Origin: a bacterium
GTDB taxonomy: Bacteria; Zhuqueibacterota; Zhuqueibacteria; Residuimicrobiales; Krinioviventaceae
Assembly: GCA_963675755.2 (NCBI GenBank)
Contig: CAXXMD010000002.1
Span: forward strand, 1,632,001-1,696,000
Length of the DNA: 64,000 bases
Reading direction: 5' to 3'
The translations under genes and the position numbers were made by a program. Below the pieces are notes generated by a model. It did no database searches. It saw only the letters and a program-made list of their open reading frames with translations, and had not been told where the DNA came from. Each line of letters opens with the position of its first letter. Position 1 is the first letter of the stretch. Positions 1-11,067 of this stretch are shown here, piece after piece.

Positions 1-878
1 TTGAACCAGCCAACATCAAGCCAGTTATTACTACCACTGTAATCATAATAGTGTGACTGTTCACCTCCACGAGCAGCATATTCCCATTGTGCTTCGGTGG
101 GCAGCTCCTTGCCATAATATTCTGCATAACACCTGGCGCCATACCAGGTCACAAATGCTACAGGATTGGATTCTTTATAAGGAACGACAACAAATTTACC
201 ATTATCAAAATGGTATTGGTGAAGTTTATATCCATAATAGTAATCTTTTCTCACCAAAGGAATTCCGTCTTTGCTGATATCACCACTGGCAGTACATTGA
301 ATGTAACCATTTGAATACGCCTCATTCAAAAACCTTGTAAATTGTGCATTGGTCACTTCATATTTATCGATATAAAATCCATCAATATGTACAGAATGTA
401 CGGGTTGTGCATTATCCAGGCCATCTTCATTCCCCATAAAGAACTCACCTGAGCTCACAAAAACCATTTCATCGGGATCATTCAGCGTTATTTCAACCAT
501 TTGTGCACTGCTGTTTTTGATTTTTATATTCCGCCTGACTCCGAAATATACCAGTTTGTCATCCACAAAATAGTTCACAGAAACAATATAATCATCGCCT
601 TTGGGTACAATGATTGTCCCCTTGTATGCGTCTCCGACATCAACAAGTTCTGCTTCAGCAACTTTATTATATGCGGTAGAAGTCACCAATACCTGAATTT
701 TTATTTCATCTGCTGCTTGTTTATCGAGATGGGTATTTTGTGATTCGGGGAATGTCAATTTTACAACCAGACTGCCCCCGTCAATATCCGGTCCGGTCGG
801 GTCATTTTTCTGACACGATAAATATCCGAGTAAAGAAACAAATAAAATTATTATTGTGCTTAACCTGATAACATTCAT
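1..878 (-). CDS. Lipoprotein with formylglycine-generating enzyme (SUMF1/FGE-sulfatase) domain; 3' end runs off the window
   Basis: Not in the ORF track; manual minus-strand translation from ATG 878 gives MNVIRLSTIIILFVSLLGYLSCQKNDP (lipobox LSC), then MVFVSSGEFFMG..QPVHSVHIDGFYIDKYEVTNAQF and ELPTEAQWEYAARGG, hallmark FGE-sulfatase motifs. Confidence 0.88.
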   Translation of the reverse strand, partial: MNVIRLSTIIILFVSLLGYLSCQKNDPTGPDIDGGSLVVKLTFPESQNTHLDKQAADEIKIQVLVTSTAYNKVAEAELVDVGDAYKGTIIVPKGDDYIVSVNYFVDDKLVYFGVRRNIKIKNSSAQMVEITLNDPDEMVFVSSGEFFMGNEDGLDNAQPVHSVHIDGFYIDKYEVTNAQFTRFLNEAYSNGYIQCTASGDISKDGIPLVRKDYYYGYKLHQYHFDNGKFVVVPYKESNPVAFVTWYGARCYAEYYGKELPTEAQWEYAARGGEQSHYYDYSGSNNWLDVGWF

Positions 879-887
879 ACCCACCCC

Positions 888-1907
888 CTATTCATTAACT
901 TTGGGTACAATAACTGTAATTCTACCTTCACCGGGATCATCGTAATTTAAAGAAAAGCCGTCAGTTGCAAAATAAGCCACGCCATAACAAGTCCCCAACG
1001 TTGTTAGGGTTACCCAGTACCATGCAAGTCCTTCCTCCTCTTCCTCATAAGTCAACAATGCAGCGTTAATACCTTTCAATGGCTCCATATTGATATCCCG
1101 AAGCAACGTGTCATTTTCAGCGATTTTCAGTTTATCATTTATAGTTTTAAATCCATTCCGCTTTACGGTTAAATCATATTCACCAACAGGCAAATCTGTA
1201 AATATATATGTACCGGTGGATGCAAAATAATCTTTATCGGCATTAATCAATTCCACCTTGGCATCTTTGGGAAAAGTTGTAATATCTAACCGCCCTGTCT
1301 TGAGCTTGGGAAAAAGGCTGATCTCCAGATCATCATTGGGCTTTATTAATAGGGTTATCTCTTCCGGTACCGCATTTTCCATTTCTGCACGCAGTGTAAT
1401 TTGAGAAGGCAGTAATTCTATATTTTGTAATTCTGTTTGCAGCTTTCCATCAAGATAAACAACCGCCCCTGGCCGGGTAGAAATACTCAATTTTGCGGTT
1501 TGATTCTGTGCTTCAATAGGATTCTGTCCAGTTAAACTGGCATTTATAATTGCCAATTGCACAACTACAAGCTCGTCTAGTTGTATATTATAATCCATAA
1601 ATGGAATAACCAAAGGATTAAACTCGGGGTGCATAATTTTAAGATAACGTTCATCTGGCGATAGATAAACTATCTCCATTCCATTATGCACTTCAACCTT
1701 TACGGCACCCCTGGCACATTCGTATTGCAGGTTGTCAATATCGGTAAGAATTTGTACCGCCGCGCACAAACGATTTTGGACATCTCTGACCTGGGAAATA
1801 TTGGCTTGAATTTGCTCAGGTCCCCGAATAATCTTGAAATCTGACAACTGGGCAAAAATAACTATTGGAAGAAATAAAACACAACATACAAAACATAGCC
1901 GTTTCAT
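888..1907 (-). CDS. Secreted PEGA-domain protein with C-terminal hydrophobic segment
   Basis: Signal peptide; PEGA-like repeats (ISTRPGAVVYLDG; GRLDITTFPKDAKV...LPVGEYDLTVKRNGFK); C-terminal WYWV-hydrophobic stretch; ends 10 bp before the FGE gene. Confidence 0.7.
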   Translation of the reverse strand: MKRLCFVCCVLFLPIVIFAQLSDFKIIRGPEQIQANISQVRDVQNRLCAAVQILTDIDNLQYECARGAVKVEVHNGMEIVYLSPDERYLKIMHPEFNPLVIPFMDYNIQLDELVVVQLAIINASLTGQNPIEAQNQTAKLSISTRPGAVVYLDGKLQTELQNIELLPSQITLRAEMENAVPEEITLLIKPNDDLEISLFPKLKTGRLDITTFPKDAKVELINADKDYFASTGTYIFTDLPVGEYDLTVKRNGFKTINDKLKIAENDTLLRDINMEPLKGINAALLTYEEEEEGLAWYWVTLTTLGTCYGVAYFATDGFSLNYDDPGEGRITVIVPKVNE

Positions 1908-1998
1908 AATTACCCCTTGTATTTTACGACTAGAAATTAAAAATGTGACCTTCCCTTTTTGATTATATCAAATAAATTCAAATAAATCAAGAATAATT

Positions 1999-2032
1999 AA
2001 AAAAAAGCCCTGCCGTTTTGCCAGCAGGGCTT
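1999..2032 (-). terminator. Rho-independent terminator after the PQQ-propeller gene
   Basis: Minus strand AAGCCCTGCTGG-CAAAA-CGGCAGGGC followed by T8. Confidence 0.85.
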
Positions 2033-2053
2033 AACATTTACCATATTTTTATT

Positions 2054-5000
2054 CTATTTCATCAAAATCATACGTCGTGTTTGAGAAAATTCACCCGTCT
2101 TTATTCGATAAAAATAGAGTCCGGTAGCTACCCGTTCACCGTTTGAATTTGTACCATCCCACACAAAGCTGTGATAGCCTGCACGTTGAGTGGTATTTGT
2201 CAATTGTTTAACCAGGTTTCCATTTATATTAAACACATCCAGTGTTACGTGTGCCTGTTCTGGTAACGCGTATTTTATAACAGTTACCGGATTAAATGGA
2301 TTGGGATAATTCTGATACAAGGTATAATCCGTTATAATAGCATTTTCATCATCATCTACAGATACTATTACCGATGAATCTAAAGTCATACCGCTATTTT
2401 TTACATCAGCATGAAATCTGGGCCATGGAGTATCTGCCAGGCCTTCACTGATTGTTTGCAGTGCATAAAAATAACCATCCATTGAACCGGCATACAAACT
2501 GCCATCACTCAGCAGGACTGGTGAAGCAAGACTGAATGCACTATCTGCTTTGAATGACCATAACAATGCTCCCCTGGGATCCAGGGCATAAATAGAGTTA
2601 TCAAAAGAAGCTGTGTATACTGTACTGTCAGCTCCAACCATTACAGACCTGACAGGCCCCTCCGTTTTATACGACCATAATAGCGAGCCATCAGCATTAA
2701 TGACATACATTGTACTGTCATCCGATCCCACACAAACAATGCCACCATATTGTATAACAGGTGATGATTTGACAGGTCCGTCAGTTGCATATGACCACTT
2801 TAATGATCCATCAGCATTGATTGCATACAGATTTCCATCATCAGATCCCACATAGATAACACTGTTTTCACCTATTGCAGGTGATGACTGAACAGGTGCT
2901 GTTGTCTCGTATTTGAATAACAATTCTCCCAGAGGTGAAAATGCATATAACAAGTTGTCAGCAGAGCCTACATATACATTACCATACTTGCCAATTGCAG
3001 CAGAGGATGTTATTGCACCATCAGTTTTATAAGACCAGTTTAAAGAACCATCCGCATTTAGTGCGTAAAAAGTACTGTCCTGAGATCCTACATAGATATT
3101 ACCATCCGGAAAAATTGCAGGTGTTGCCGTTACTTTATCATTTGTTTCAAAACTCCAGTTCAGCGAGCCATCAGGGTTCAATGCGTATATATTATTATCA
3201 CTTGACCCCATATAAATGGCCTCATCTGCACCTATGACCGGGGCAGTAAGCAAAGAATCACTTATATTTTCAAACCATTGCTCTGCCCCATCAGGATGCA
3301 TTGCATGCACTATTCCATTCGTGTCTGTAAAAACCAGCGTCGTATCGTTCAAAACCGCAGGAGAAGTAGAAATGCTGTGATCTATCTGACAAGACCAGAG
3401 TTGATTGGTATAATTTATAACCACAACCGTAGAATTTGCGCCATCATCCATGTCTGTTACCGTTAACAAATATTTGTACTCACCATACACAGAATTCAAA
3501 AAAGTAACTGTAGGATTAGCAAGCGTAGAATCAGAAATTTCTACCAGACCGCCTTCAGGCTGGTCAATTAAACTCCAGGCAAAATACAGATCATCACCAT
3601 CAAAATCCGTTGATGCGCTGGCGTCAAGGGTTACAGTTTCACCAATCTTTGCCGTTATATAATCATTTTCCACTTGAGCTACCGGAACATAGAGATTTTC
3701 AACATTGGATGTGTTGGCATTGTTTTGACCAAATGTGGGCCAGGAACTTTTTGCAAGTCCCATGCTTTCAGTTTCAAGAGCGTATATTTTTTCGTCACGT
3801 GTTCCAAAATATAATTTACCGTCATCACTAAGACACAAAGGTACATCAATAGTATTTTCTGCCTGATATTTCCATTTCAATGAACCATTAGGATTCAACG
3901 CATACAAAAACATGTCTCGAGACCCAAAGTAAATGGTTCCATCTGCTCCAATTGTGGGTGTACTCCAACTCATGCGAGGAGTTTTAAAACTCCAGCGAAA
4001 ACCTCCATCGGCATTCAATGCATGAAAATAATTATCATCCGCATATAAGTAAATAGCTCCATCTGTATCAATTACAGGAAACCCAATATCTCCAGTAGAT
4101 CCATCAACCTGTCTGTTCCATAAAAGCTCTCCATCAGGCGTAAAAGATGCAACTTTACTTACACTATTATAGCCTATACTTATAATTATAGAACCATCAG
4201 CGGCAATAGCAGGTGCAGTTGAAAGAAATCCACCAATCTCGTAAGACCAATATAGAGATCCATCTTTATTTAATGCGTATACTGTTTCTTGCGATGCACA
4301 GAAATAAATTTTACCATTAAACCCAATTGATGGTGATGATCTAATACCACTGATTGCTTTAAACTTCCATTTCAAGCTGCCATCAGCATTAATAGCATAC
4401 AAATATTCATCATCACAACCAAAATACAAAGTACCATCTGAATCAATCGCCACATGACTTCTAATTTGATCATCAACTTGAAATGTCCATAATAGATTAC
4501 CATCAGAGTTTACCGCATACAACTTGCCCGGGTATGTAATGAAATAAACAATCCCATCAGAACTGATAGACGGTGCATAATAGCTTCTCTCTGAGGCTTT
4601 ATACTTCCAAATCAAACTTCCATCAGGGTTTAATTTATAGAGAAAACTGTCAGATGAGCAGCAATATATTGATCCATCGTTATCAAGTGCAGTCGAAGAA
4701 TAGATATTATCAGTGGTACCAAATCTCCACAATAAATTACCATAATCAATATAAACATGATTATAGCTTTTATTCCCATCTGCATCAGTTACAGTTAATC
4801 GGATCTTGTACAATCCGTAAACATTTGTATCCAGCATAAAATTAGAAACTGCGGATTGAGGATCGCTAATATCAACCTTACCACCATCGGGTAAACTAGT
4901 GACTGTCCATTCAAACTGCAACTCGTTACCATCAGGATCAAATGAACCACTACCATCAAATTCAACACTGGAATGAGGATCTGCGTGGATGGTATCAACT

Positions 5001-6136
5001 GAGGTAACAACACGTGGAAATTCGTTATTTTCATTACTCCCCGTATTTGCACTGTTTTGTCGCATAGCCGGCCAGGGTGTATCTGCCAGTCCTGCACTTG
5101 AACAGTTGACAGCATACAAAGTGCTATCAGAAGAACCTATATACAGTGTGCTGTCAGAAGAAAGATTCAAACTGTTGCCGGGAGTACCTCCCAATTCACA
5201 GTCCCAAAGTTTGGTGCCATTTATATCAACTGCAAACAGATTACCGCTATCTGTAACATTGTACAGAACCCGATCTTCACCCATGGCTGAACAAAGTACG
5301 ATACCATCTGTATCCATAGACCATTTTTCATTACCTATAGGATCCAGTGCATAATACATACTAGTACCGGTACCAAAATATATATTGTTATGATTATCAA
5401 GAATTGGGACAGTGTACATTTTCCCTTGCCTAAAATTTTTATCAAACTCTTCACCATAAGGATAAAAAATGTTTAATTTGGCGCCCCATGATCCAATATG
5501 TAAACGTCCATCTAAAGCAATTGCAGGACAAATACCAGGTTTATAAAGAAAACGAAAAGTCCAACTCAGCGTGCCATCAAAATTTAAAGCATAGAGATAA
5601 TATGAATCAGATTGTACATAAATAGTTCCATCCGGACCGATAGATGGTGTATGAACAACTCCATCTACATAATACTTCCATTCTAAATTCCCATCAAGGT
5701 CAAACGCATAGAGGTAAAAATCGTTAGATCCTATAAATATATAGCCCTCTTTACTGATTGCGGGTGAGGTACAAATTGCACCATTGGTTTTATAATTCCA
5801 CTTTAAAGAGCTGTCTTTGTTCAAAGCATAAACATTACCATCTTTGGAACCAAAGTAAATTGTCCCCTCGGAATCGATTGCAGGCGAATTTTTCACCGAG
5901 TCACCAGCCTGATATTTCCATAACAAGGTACCATCCGGATTTATAGCATACAAATGGTCATCACTTCCTACATAAATAGTCCCATCCTCAGCAATTGCCG
6001 GAGGAGATTGAATTGCACCTTCTGTTTTGAACTGCCATTTAATTGTTCCCGGTTCCTGGGCAAACAAAACCATTCCAGGCACGAATAAGCAGAATAACAG
6101 AATAGAAACTGTTCCATAGCAAAAACGCTTCATCAT
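2054..6136 (-). CDS. Large secreted PQQ-like/BamB beta-propeller repeat protein: three propellers, two PKD-like Ig linkers, C-terminal FlgD-Ig/T9SS-type domain
   Basis: Signal peptide; many SSPAI.DG.IY.GS.D..LYA.N.DG.L.W repeats; propellers end in GLADTPWP/GLAKSSWP; PKD-like FDGSGSFDPDG and LDASASTDFDGD; C-terminal LYQNYPNPFNP...WDGTN...ATGLYFYRI. Confidence 0.85.
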   Translation of the reverse strand: MMKRFCYGTVSILLFCLFVPGMVLFAQEPGTIKWQFKTEGAIQSPPAIAEDGTIYVGSDDHLYAINPDGTLLWKYQAGDSVKNSPAIDSEGTIYFGSKDGNVYALNKDSSLKWNYKTNGAICTSPAISKEGYIFIGSNDFYLYAFDLDGNLEWKYYVDGVVHTPSIGPDGTIYVQSDSYYLYALNFDGTLSWTFRFLYKPGICPAIALDGRLHIGSWGAKLNIFYPYGEEFDKNFRQGKMYTVPILDNHNNIYFGTGTSMYYALDPIGNEKWSMDTDGIVLCSAMGEDRVLYNVTDSGNLFAVDINGTKLWDCELGGTPGNSLNLSSDSTLYIGSSDSTLYAVNCSSAGLADTPWPAMRQNSANTGSNENNEFPRVVTSVDTIHADPHSSVEFDGSGSFDPDGNELQFEWTVTSLPDGGKVDISDPQSAVSNFMLDTNVYGLYKIRLTVTDADGNKSYNHVYIDYGNLLWRFGTTDNIYSSTALDNDGSIYCCSSDSFLYKLNPDGSLIWKYKASERSYYAPSISSDGIVYFITYPGKLYAVNSDGNLLWTFQVDDQIRSHVAIDSDGTLYFGCDDEYLYAINADGSLKWKFKAISGIRSSPSIGFNGKIYFCASQETVYALNKDGSLYWSYEIGGFLSTAPAIAADGSIIISIGYNSVSKVASFTPDGELLWNRQVDGSTGDIGFPVIDTDGAIYLYADDNYFHALNADGGFRWSFKTPRMSWSTPTIGADGTIYFGSRDMFLYALNPNGSLKWKYQAENTIDVPLCLSDDGKLYFGTRDEKIYALETESMGLAKSSWPTFGQNNANTSNVENLYVPVAQVENDYITAKIGETVTLDASASTDFDGDDLYFAWSLIDQPEGGLVEISDSTLANPTVTFLNSVYGEYKYLLTVTDMDDGANSTVVVINYTNQLWSCQIDHSISTSPAVLNDTTLVFTDTNGIVHAMHPDGAEQWFENISDSLLTAPVIGADEAIYMGSSDNNIYALNPDGSLNWSFETNDKVTATPAIFPDGNIYVGSQDSTFYALNADGSLNWSYKTDGAITSSAAIGKYGNVYVGSADNLLYAFSPLGELLFKYETTAPVQSSPAIGENSVIYVGSDDGNLYAINADGSLKWSYATDGPVKSSPVIQYGGIVCVGSDDSTMYVINADGSLLWSYKTEGPVRSVMVGADSTVYTASFDNSIYALDPRGALLWSFKADSAFSLASPVLLSDGSLYAGSMDGYFYALQTISEGLADTPWPRFHADVKNSGMTLDSSVIVSVDDDENAIITDYTLYQNYPNPFNPVTVIKYALPEQAHVTLDVFNINGNLVKQLTNTTQRAGYHSFVWDGTNSNGERVATGLYFYRIKTGEFSQTRRMILMK

Positions 6137-6246
6137 CGCATTTCCCCTGTTTTTAAATTTTATTGATTCGAGTTTCGCCTGTGGAAATCCCCACCAGCAT
6201 GATATGTTGTAGAATTAAATTACAAAATTAATCCAAAGTTCCAAAT

Positions 6247-6280
6247 AAAAAAAAGCCCTGCCGGTAAACCAGCAGGGCTT
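6247..6280 (-). terminator. Rho-independent terminator after hppA
   Basis: Minus strand AAGCCCTGCTGG-TTTA-CCGGCAGGGC followed by T8. Confidence 0.88.
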
Positions 6281-6306
6281 GTATATTCTATATATAAATA
6301 TGAATA

Positions 6307-8514
6307 TTACAGTAATGAGAAAGCTACAGTCAAACCAGCCATTACAATTGAAACCATACTCATCAATTTGATAAGGATGTTCAAGCTAGGACCTGAGGTA
6401 TCTTTGAAAGGATCACCTACAGTGTCACCAGTAACAGCAGCTTTGTGAGCTTCGGAACCTTTACCGCCATGAGCGCCAGATTCGATGTATTTTTTAGCAT
6501 TGTCCCATGAACCACCTGCATTAGCCATAAACACAGCCAATACAAAACCAGCAGCCAAGCCACCAGTCAACAGTCCCATAACACCAGCTACACCAAAGAT
6601 CAAACCGGTCAAAATAGGAGCTGCAATAGCGAGCAATGAAGGAATCAACATTTCGCGCTGTGCGCCTTTGGTAGAGATAGCAACACAAGAAGCGTAATCA
6701 GGTTCGGTTTCACCTTCCATAATACCTTTGATTTCGCGGAACTGACGACGTACTTCTTCAACCATAGATTGAGCAGCACGACCTACAGCGTTCATTGTCA
6801 AACCACAGAACATAAAGGCCATCATAGATCCAATGAACATACCCATCAATACTTTGGGGTTCATCAGGTGAACATCGTAATTATGCATAAAATCGATCAA
6901 AGTAAGTTTGGAAACATCTACTACAGATTCCAAAGACAAACCATTGGGGAATGTAAAAGTACCCGTATTTTCTACGATACGAACAATACCAATTTTCAAT
7001 TCTTCAATATAAGAAGCCAACAAGGCCAATGCAGTCAATGCAGCAGAACCGATTGCAAAACCTTTACCGGTTGCAGCTGTGGTGTTACCCAGTGAATCGA
7101 GAGCATCAGTACGTTTACGTACCTCTGGTCCAAGACCGCTCATTTCAGCGTTACCACCTGCATTATCAGCAATTGGACCATAAGCATCAGTTGCCAAAGT
7201 AATACCCAGTGTAGAAAGCATACCTACAGCAGCAATACCAATACCGTAAAGACCCAATGATAAATCAGTCATATCAAACCGTGCTGCAGTCAAAAAAGCC
7301 AGTATGGTACCCACAACAATGGTCAATACCGGGAAAGCGGTAGAGAACATACCGGTACCGATTCCTGAAATAATAACAGTTGCAGGGCCGGTTTCGGCGC
7401 TGGCTGCAATACCACGGGTTGGTTTATATGCTTCAGAAGTAAAATATTCAGTTTCTTTACCAATCAACCATCCGGTTAACAGACCCACAACGATTGAGCC
7501 CCAGAGGCCCCAAACATTTGGAATTCCAAGAACCTGGAGGATAACCCATGAAAGGATAATGATTAACAATGAAGAAAGATCAACACCTTTACCCAAAGCA
7601 CCCAACAATTGTTTCTGTGTTGCGTTTTCTTTGGTACGAACTGCAAAAATACCAACGATAGATAACAAAGTACCTACAGCAGCGATCAACATGGGAGCCA
7701 ATACAGCTTTTAACTGCAAATCGCCCTGATGCATAAAAGCAGCAGCACCCAAAGCAGCAGTAGCCAAAACAGAACCAGCATAAGATTCATACAAGTCTGC
7801 ACCCATACCAGCAACGTCACCAACATTGTCACCAACATTATCAGCGATGGTAGCAGGGTTACGAGGATCATCTTCAGGAATACCAGCTTCAACTTTACCT
7901 ACCAGGTCAGCGCCAACGTCAGCAGCTTTGGTATAAATACCACCACCAACACGTGCAAACAATGCCTGGGTAGAAGCACCCATACCAAAAGTAAGCATAG
8001 TGGTTGTGATAACAACAAGTTTATGACCAGGATCAGATTCAGGAATCAATGCGGTAAGAACGATGAACCACAATGCAATATCCAAAAGTGCCAAACCTAC
8101 AACAACCAGACCCATAACAGCACCTGAACGGAAAGCAACCTGCAATCCTTTATTCAGAGACTTTTGAGCAGCGTTAGCAGTACGAGCACTTGCATATGTA
8201 GCGGTTTTCATTCCAAAAAAACCAGCCAAACCGGAAAAGAAACCACCGGTCAAAAATGCAAACCATACAAAACCATTTTGATATCCACCAAAAGCCATAA
8301 GAGCAAATAAAGCGGTCAAAACAGCAAAAACAATTGTTACAACTTTATATTGTTGTGTGAGGTAAGCCATAGCGCCAGTACGTACGTGCTGAGCGATTTC
8401 TTTCATGCGGTCTGTACCTTCGTCTTCGGCCATTAATTTTTTGAAAAAATACCAGGCAAATCCAAGAGCTAGCACAGAAGCGATAGGAACAATCCAAAAA
8501 AGATTATTAGACAT
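6307..8514 (-). CDS. hppA: Membrane-bound K+-dependent Na+(/H+)-translocating pyrophosphatase
   Basis: [40 protein letters not shown] and [14 protein letters not shown] motifs; GNTTAA (Ala) marks the K+-dependent class. Confidence 0.97.
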   Translation of the reverse strand: MSNNLFWIVPIASVLALGFAWYFFKKLMAEDEGTDRMKEIAQHVRTGAMAYLTQQYKVVTIVFAVLTALFALMAFGGYQNGFVWFAFLTGGFFSGLAGFFGMKTATYASARTANAAQKSLNKGLQVAFRSGAVMGLVVVGLALLDIALWFIVLTALIPESDPGHKLVVITTTMLTFGMGASTQALFARVGGGIYTKAADVGADLVGKVEAGIPEDDPRNPATIADNVGDNVGDVAGMGADLYESYAGSVLATAALGAAAFMHQGDLQLKAVLAPMLIAAVGTLLSIVGIFAVRTKENATQKQLLGALGKGVDLSSLLIIILSWVILQVLGIPNVWGLWGSIVVGLLTGWLIGKETEYFTSEAYKPTRGIAASAETGPATVIISGIGTGMFSTAFPVLTIVVGTILAFLTAARFDMTDLSLGLYGIGIAAVGMLSTLGITLATDAYGPIADNAGGNAEMSGLGPEVRKRTDALDSLGNTTAATGKGFAIGSAALTALALLASYIEELKIGIVRIVENTGTFTFPNGLSLESVVDVSKLTLIDFMHNYDVHLMNPKVLMGMFIGSMMAFMFCGLTMNAVGRAAQSMVEEVRRQFREIKGIMEGETEPDYASCVAISTKGAQREMLIPSLLAIAAPILTGLIFGVAGVMGLLTGGLAAGFVLAVFMANAGGSWDNAKKYIESGAHGGKGSEAHKAAVTGDTVGDPFKDTSGPSLNILIKLMSMVSIVMAGLTVAFSLL

Positions 8515-8562
8515 CTCCTCTCCTTATAAGATTAGTGTGAGTTATATATATTAAAATATTTG

Positions 8563-9336
8563 CTAAAAGCCTACAGTTAAAGCCGATCTCCACCAGTTGT
8601 GATGTTTTTCTTCAAGTTCCATATTTGATGGGAACGGGTAAAAATTAAAAGCTTTCTGATCACCAACAAAAAATCCGTTCTTGATAGTCCGGTACAATAT
8701 GTCCCGATGAAAGCAGCGAAGTACCGTTTTGGTCCGTTTTTCGGTATTCTGTTGCAGATCAATCAGACAATCCCGTAAATGATCAATATTGGCATAAGGT
8801 AAATTTTCCGCAGAGCCGTCCGTGGGATTGTTTGCCAGTTCTTCAAGCACCAGCTCAACAAAAATTAAACGGGGTACTGAAATAGGATTTTTCCGATCCG
8901 TTACAAATCTGCAAAACGTTAACGGATCCAGGCTGCTGGCAATCTGTGGCATAACCGGTCCCAATTCCTGATACAAGTGCAACAGGGAACTGTCGGTATT
9001 TATATATTTCTGCTTTTGCAATTCAAGCACCCTGCCATCATCAGTTACAAGGAATAGATTCTGCAAAGCATCATTGGGAACATGTTCAACCACACGATAA
9101 ACAGATAAATACAAAGAACGTTTGGGTGATCCATCAGGGTGCGGCTGGCACCTTTCGTCAACATCCTTGAATGGAAAATGATCACTCTTGAATGTCGGAT
9201 CAACCTGAAAAAAGATCGCTTCTCCATGAGTACGTTTTTTGGTTCCTACCGCCAGATACTTGCCAAATTCAAGAGGCGGAAGCATAGATGCGATCAAAGA
9301 CTCGGGTGTTAAAGACAAGTACAGATACCTTTTCAT
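8563..9336 (-). CDS. Hypothetical cytoplasmic protein, co-oriented directly upstream of hppA
   Basis: 257-aa ORF with AGGAG RBS; 48-bp gap to hppA; no motif recognised. Confidence 0.75.
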   Translation of the reverse strand: MKRYLYLSLTPESLIASMLPPLEFGKYLAVGTKKRTHGEAIFFQVDPTFKSDHFPFKDVDERCQPHPDGSPKRSLYLSVYRVVEHVPNDALQNLFLVTDDGRVLELQKQKYINTDSSLLHLYQELGPVMPQIASSLDPLTFCRFVTDRKNPISVPRLIFVELVLEELANNPTDGSAENLPYANIDHLRDCLIDLQQNTEKRTKTVLRCFHRDILYRTIKNGFFVGDQKAFNFYPFPSNMELEEKHHNWWRSALTVGF

Positions 9337-9454
9337 GACACTCTCCTTAATTTGTTTGTTGTTAACGAGTTGTGCCGCCGTCCGAAAGCATAATCGGTTC
9401 TGAAATTCATATCTGCAACAATGTCTTTTCCTGCCGAACAGAAAACAAGATTGT

Positions 9455-9483
9455 AATATAATAACTTTTTACAATAATGTCAA
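9455..9483 (-). promoter_or_regulatory. Sigma70-type promoter for the hypothetical-hppA operon
   Basis: Minus strand TTGACA-17 bp-TATATT. Confidence 0.65.
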
Positions 9484-9579
9484 TACAATTAAACACCTTA
9501 CATTTTTGTAGAACCGTTATCGATTACAATCCTGTTTTCACTCTATTATCAGAACATTTTTTAGAAAAAGTCGATTCCT

Positions 9580-10887
9580 CTATTTCTTTAACATCTTGAG
9601 CAGCCATTGATTTTTTGCTTCCCGCTGCTCAGGGAAATTCCAGTGGCCTGTTTCCAACGCCAGCAGCAGCTCTTTGGGGGCATCTATAACATTATAAGCC
9701 GCGTACATGGAAGTTGGCGGACAAGTGGTATCGTTAAATCCCCATGAATACCATCCCGGTACCTTGACTTGTTTAGCAAAATTGACCACATCATAATACT
9801 TGCTGGTCTCGATCTTGTCTTCTTTGACATTAAACGCCTTGTTGTCATCATTAAACATGTGCGGCCAGCCTCCTGCCCTGCCGTGCAGATAACCGGTCAA
9901 ATCACACAATGCGGGAAAAAACGCAGCCAAATACTTGATACGGGAATCCAGTCCGGCAGTGATAATAGACAATGCCCCGCCCTGACTGCCGCCGGTAACC
10001 GCAAGGTTTTCGCCGTCAAACTCGGGCAGGCTGTAGATAAAATCTATAGCCCGTACACAGCCCAGATAAACACGCTTGTAATAGTAATGGTCCTTGTCAT
10101 CCAGATTGTATACCCAGTATCCATCCAAAGCCGCGCGACGCAAATCATAATACACACCATCATCCATAGTCACGGGAATACCGTGAATACCAATATTGAA
10201 TGTAATTACTCCCTGTTCCGCCAAGGCAACGTCACCACGATAGGCACGTACGCCCGCGCCAGGGACTTCCAATACTGCCGGTACCTTGCCTTCAGTTTTG
10301 GGAACGCACAAGATACCGTACAAGCGGGAATCGCGTTTTTCATTCTGCAGATTGACATGGTATACATTGACTTTGGCAGTGCAGCTCTCTGGAATCAGCG
10401 TTACGATGGGATCCATGGATACCTCTGCGGCTTTGGATTTCTCCTGTTCCCAGAATTCAACAAAATCTTTGGGGACGGTTGTTGTGGGTTCGATTTGCAA
10501 TGGAGCGAATCCCGCGGTGGCGCAGCTTTTGTACTCTTGTCCGTCTACTGTAGCCGTTGCCCAGCAGCGCAGAAATCCCGGATTCTTCATCGTGCCGCCA
10601 TCAATAGTCGTTGAGCCTGATTTCAACACCTCAGATTTGGATTTCAGCGTCTCCATTTTCTCGGGTTTGATTTCCCAGAACACAGATACATCGTGAACAG
10701 GGTTTCCCGCACGCAGCACTGTAATAGTGAATTTTGCTTTTTCACCCACCTCGTACTGCCAGTTGTCATGGTCCGGTGCGACGACTACTTTTACCAGCTC
10801 CTGCCTTGGTTGGGCGAATAAAGCAGTTGAAATTAAGAGTATAGATACAATAATACAATGAATAGATAACCTGGAACGATTCAACAT
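9580..10887 (-). CDS. Secreted acetylxylan esterase / cephalosporin-C deacetylase (CE7, AXE1 family)
   Basis: GGSQGG nucleophile elbow, D..CPPTS.YAAYN, C-terminal catalytic His (TGH); start at ATG 10887 behind GGAGG, followed by a signal peptide. Confidence 0.88.
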   Translation of the reverse strand: MLNRSRLSIHCIIVSILLISTALFAQPRQELVKVVVAPDHDNWQYEVGEKAKFTITVLRAGNPVHDVSVFWEIKPEKMETLKSKSEVLKSGSTTIDGGTMKNPGFLRCWATATVDGQEYKSCATAGFAPLQIEPTTTVPKDFVEFWEQEKSKAAEVSMDPIVTLIPESCTAKVNVYHVNLQNEKRDSRLYGILCVPKTEGKVPAVLEVPGAGVRAYRGDVALAEQGVITFNIGIHGIPVTMDDGVYYDLRRAALDGYWVYNLDDKDHYYYKRVYLGCVRAIDFIYSLPEFDGENLAVTGGSQGGALSIITAGLDSRIKYLAAFFPALCDLTGYLHGRAGGWPHMFNDDNKAFNVKEDKIETSKYYDVVNFAKQVKVPGWYSWGFNDTTCPPTSMYAAYNVIDAPKELLLALETGHWNFPEQREAKNQWLLKMLKK

Positions 10888-11067
10888 TTCAACCTCCGTA
10901 TTGTTGGGTAATAGGAAACAATACAAAACCTTGCGGATATATGCAACAGCAATTTAGGCATTAGACAGACGTGGTGCCTGCCAACTATCTCTATTGAACA
11001 CTGAAAATATATGGATTCTTTTGGAAGCAATATTAAAAAGATAAATTTTAGGATATATGAATTAAAA

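Noticed and set aside
9769-10614. 281-aa + strand ORF, and similar antisense ORFs over hppA, uxaC, rpsA and the cytochromes
   Set aside because: They lie wholly antisense or out of frame to well-supported genes and show no recognisable motifs; shadow ORFs
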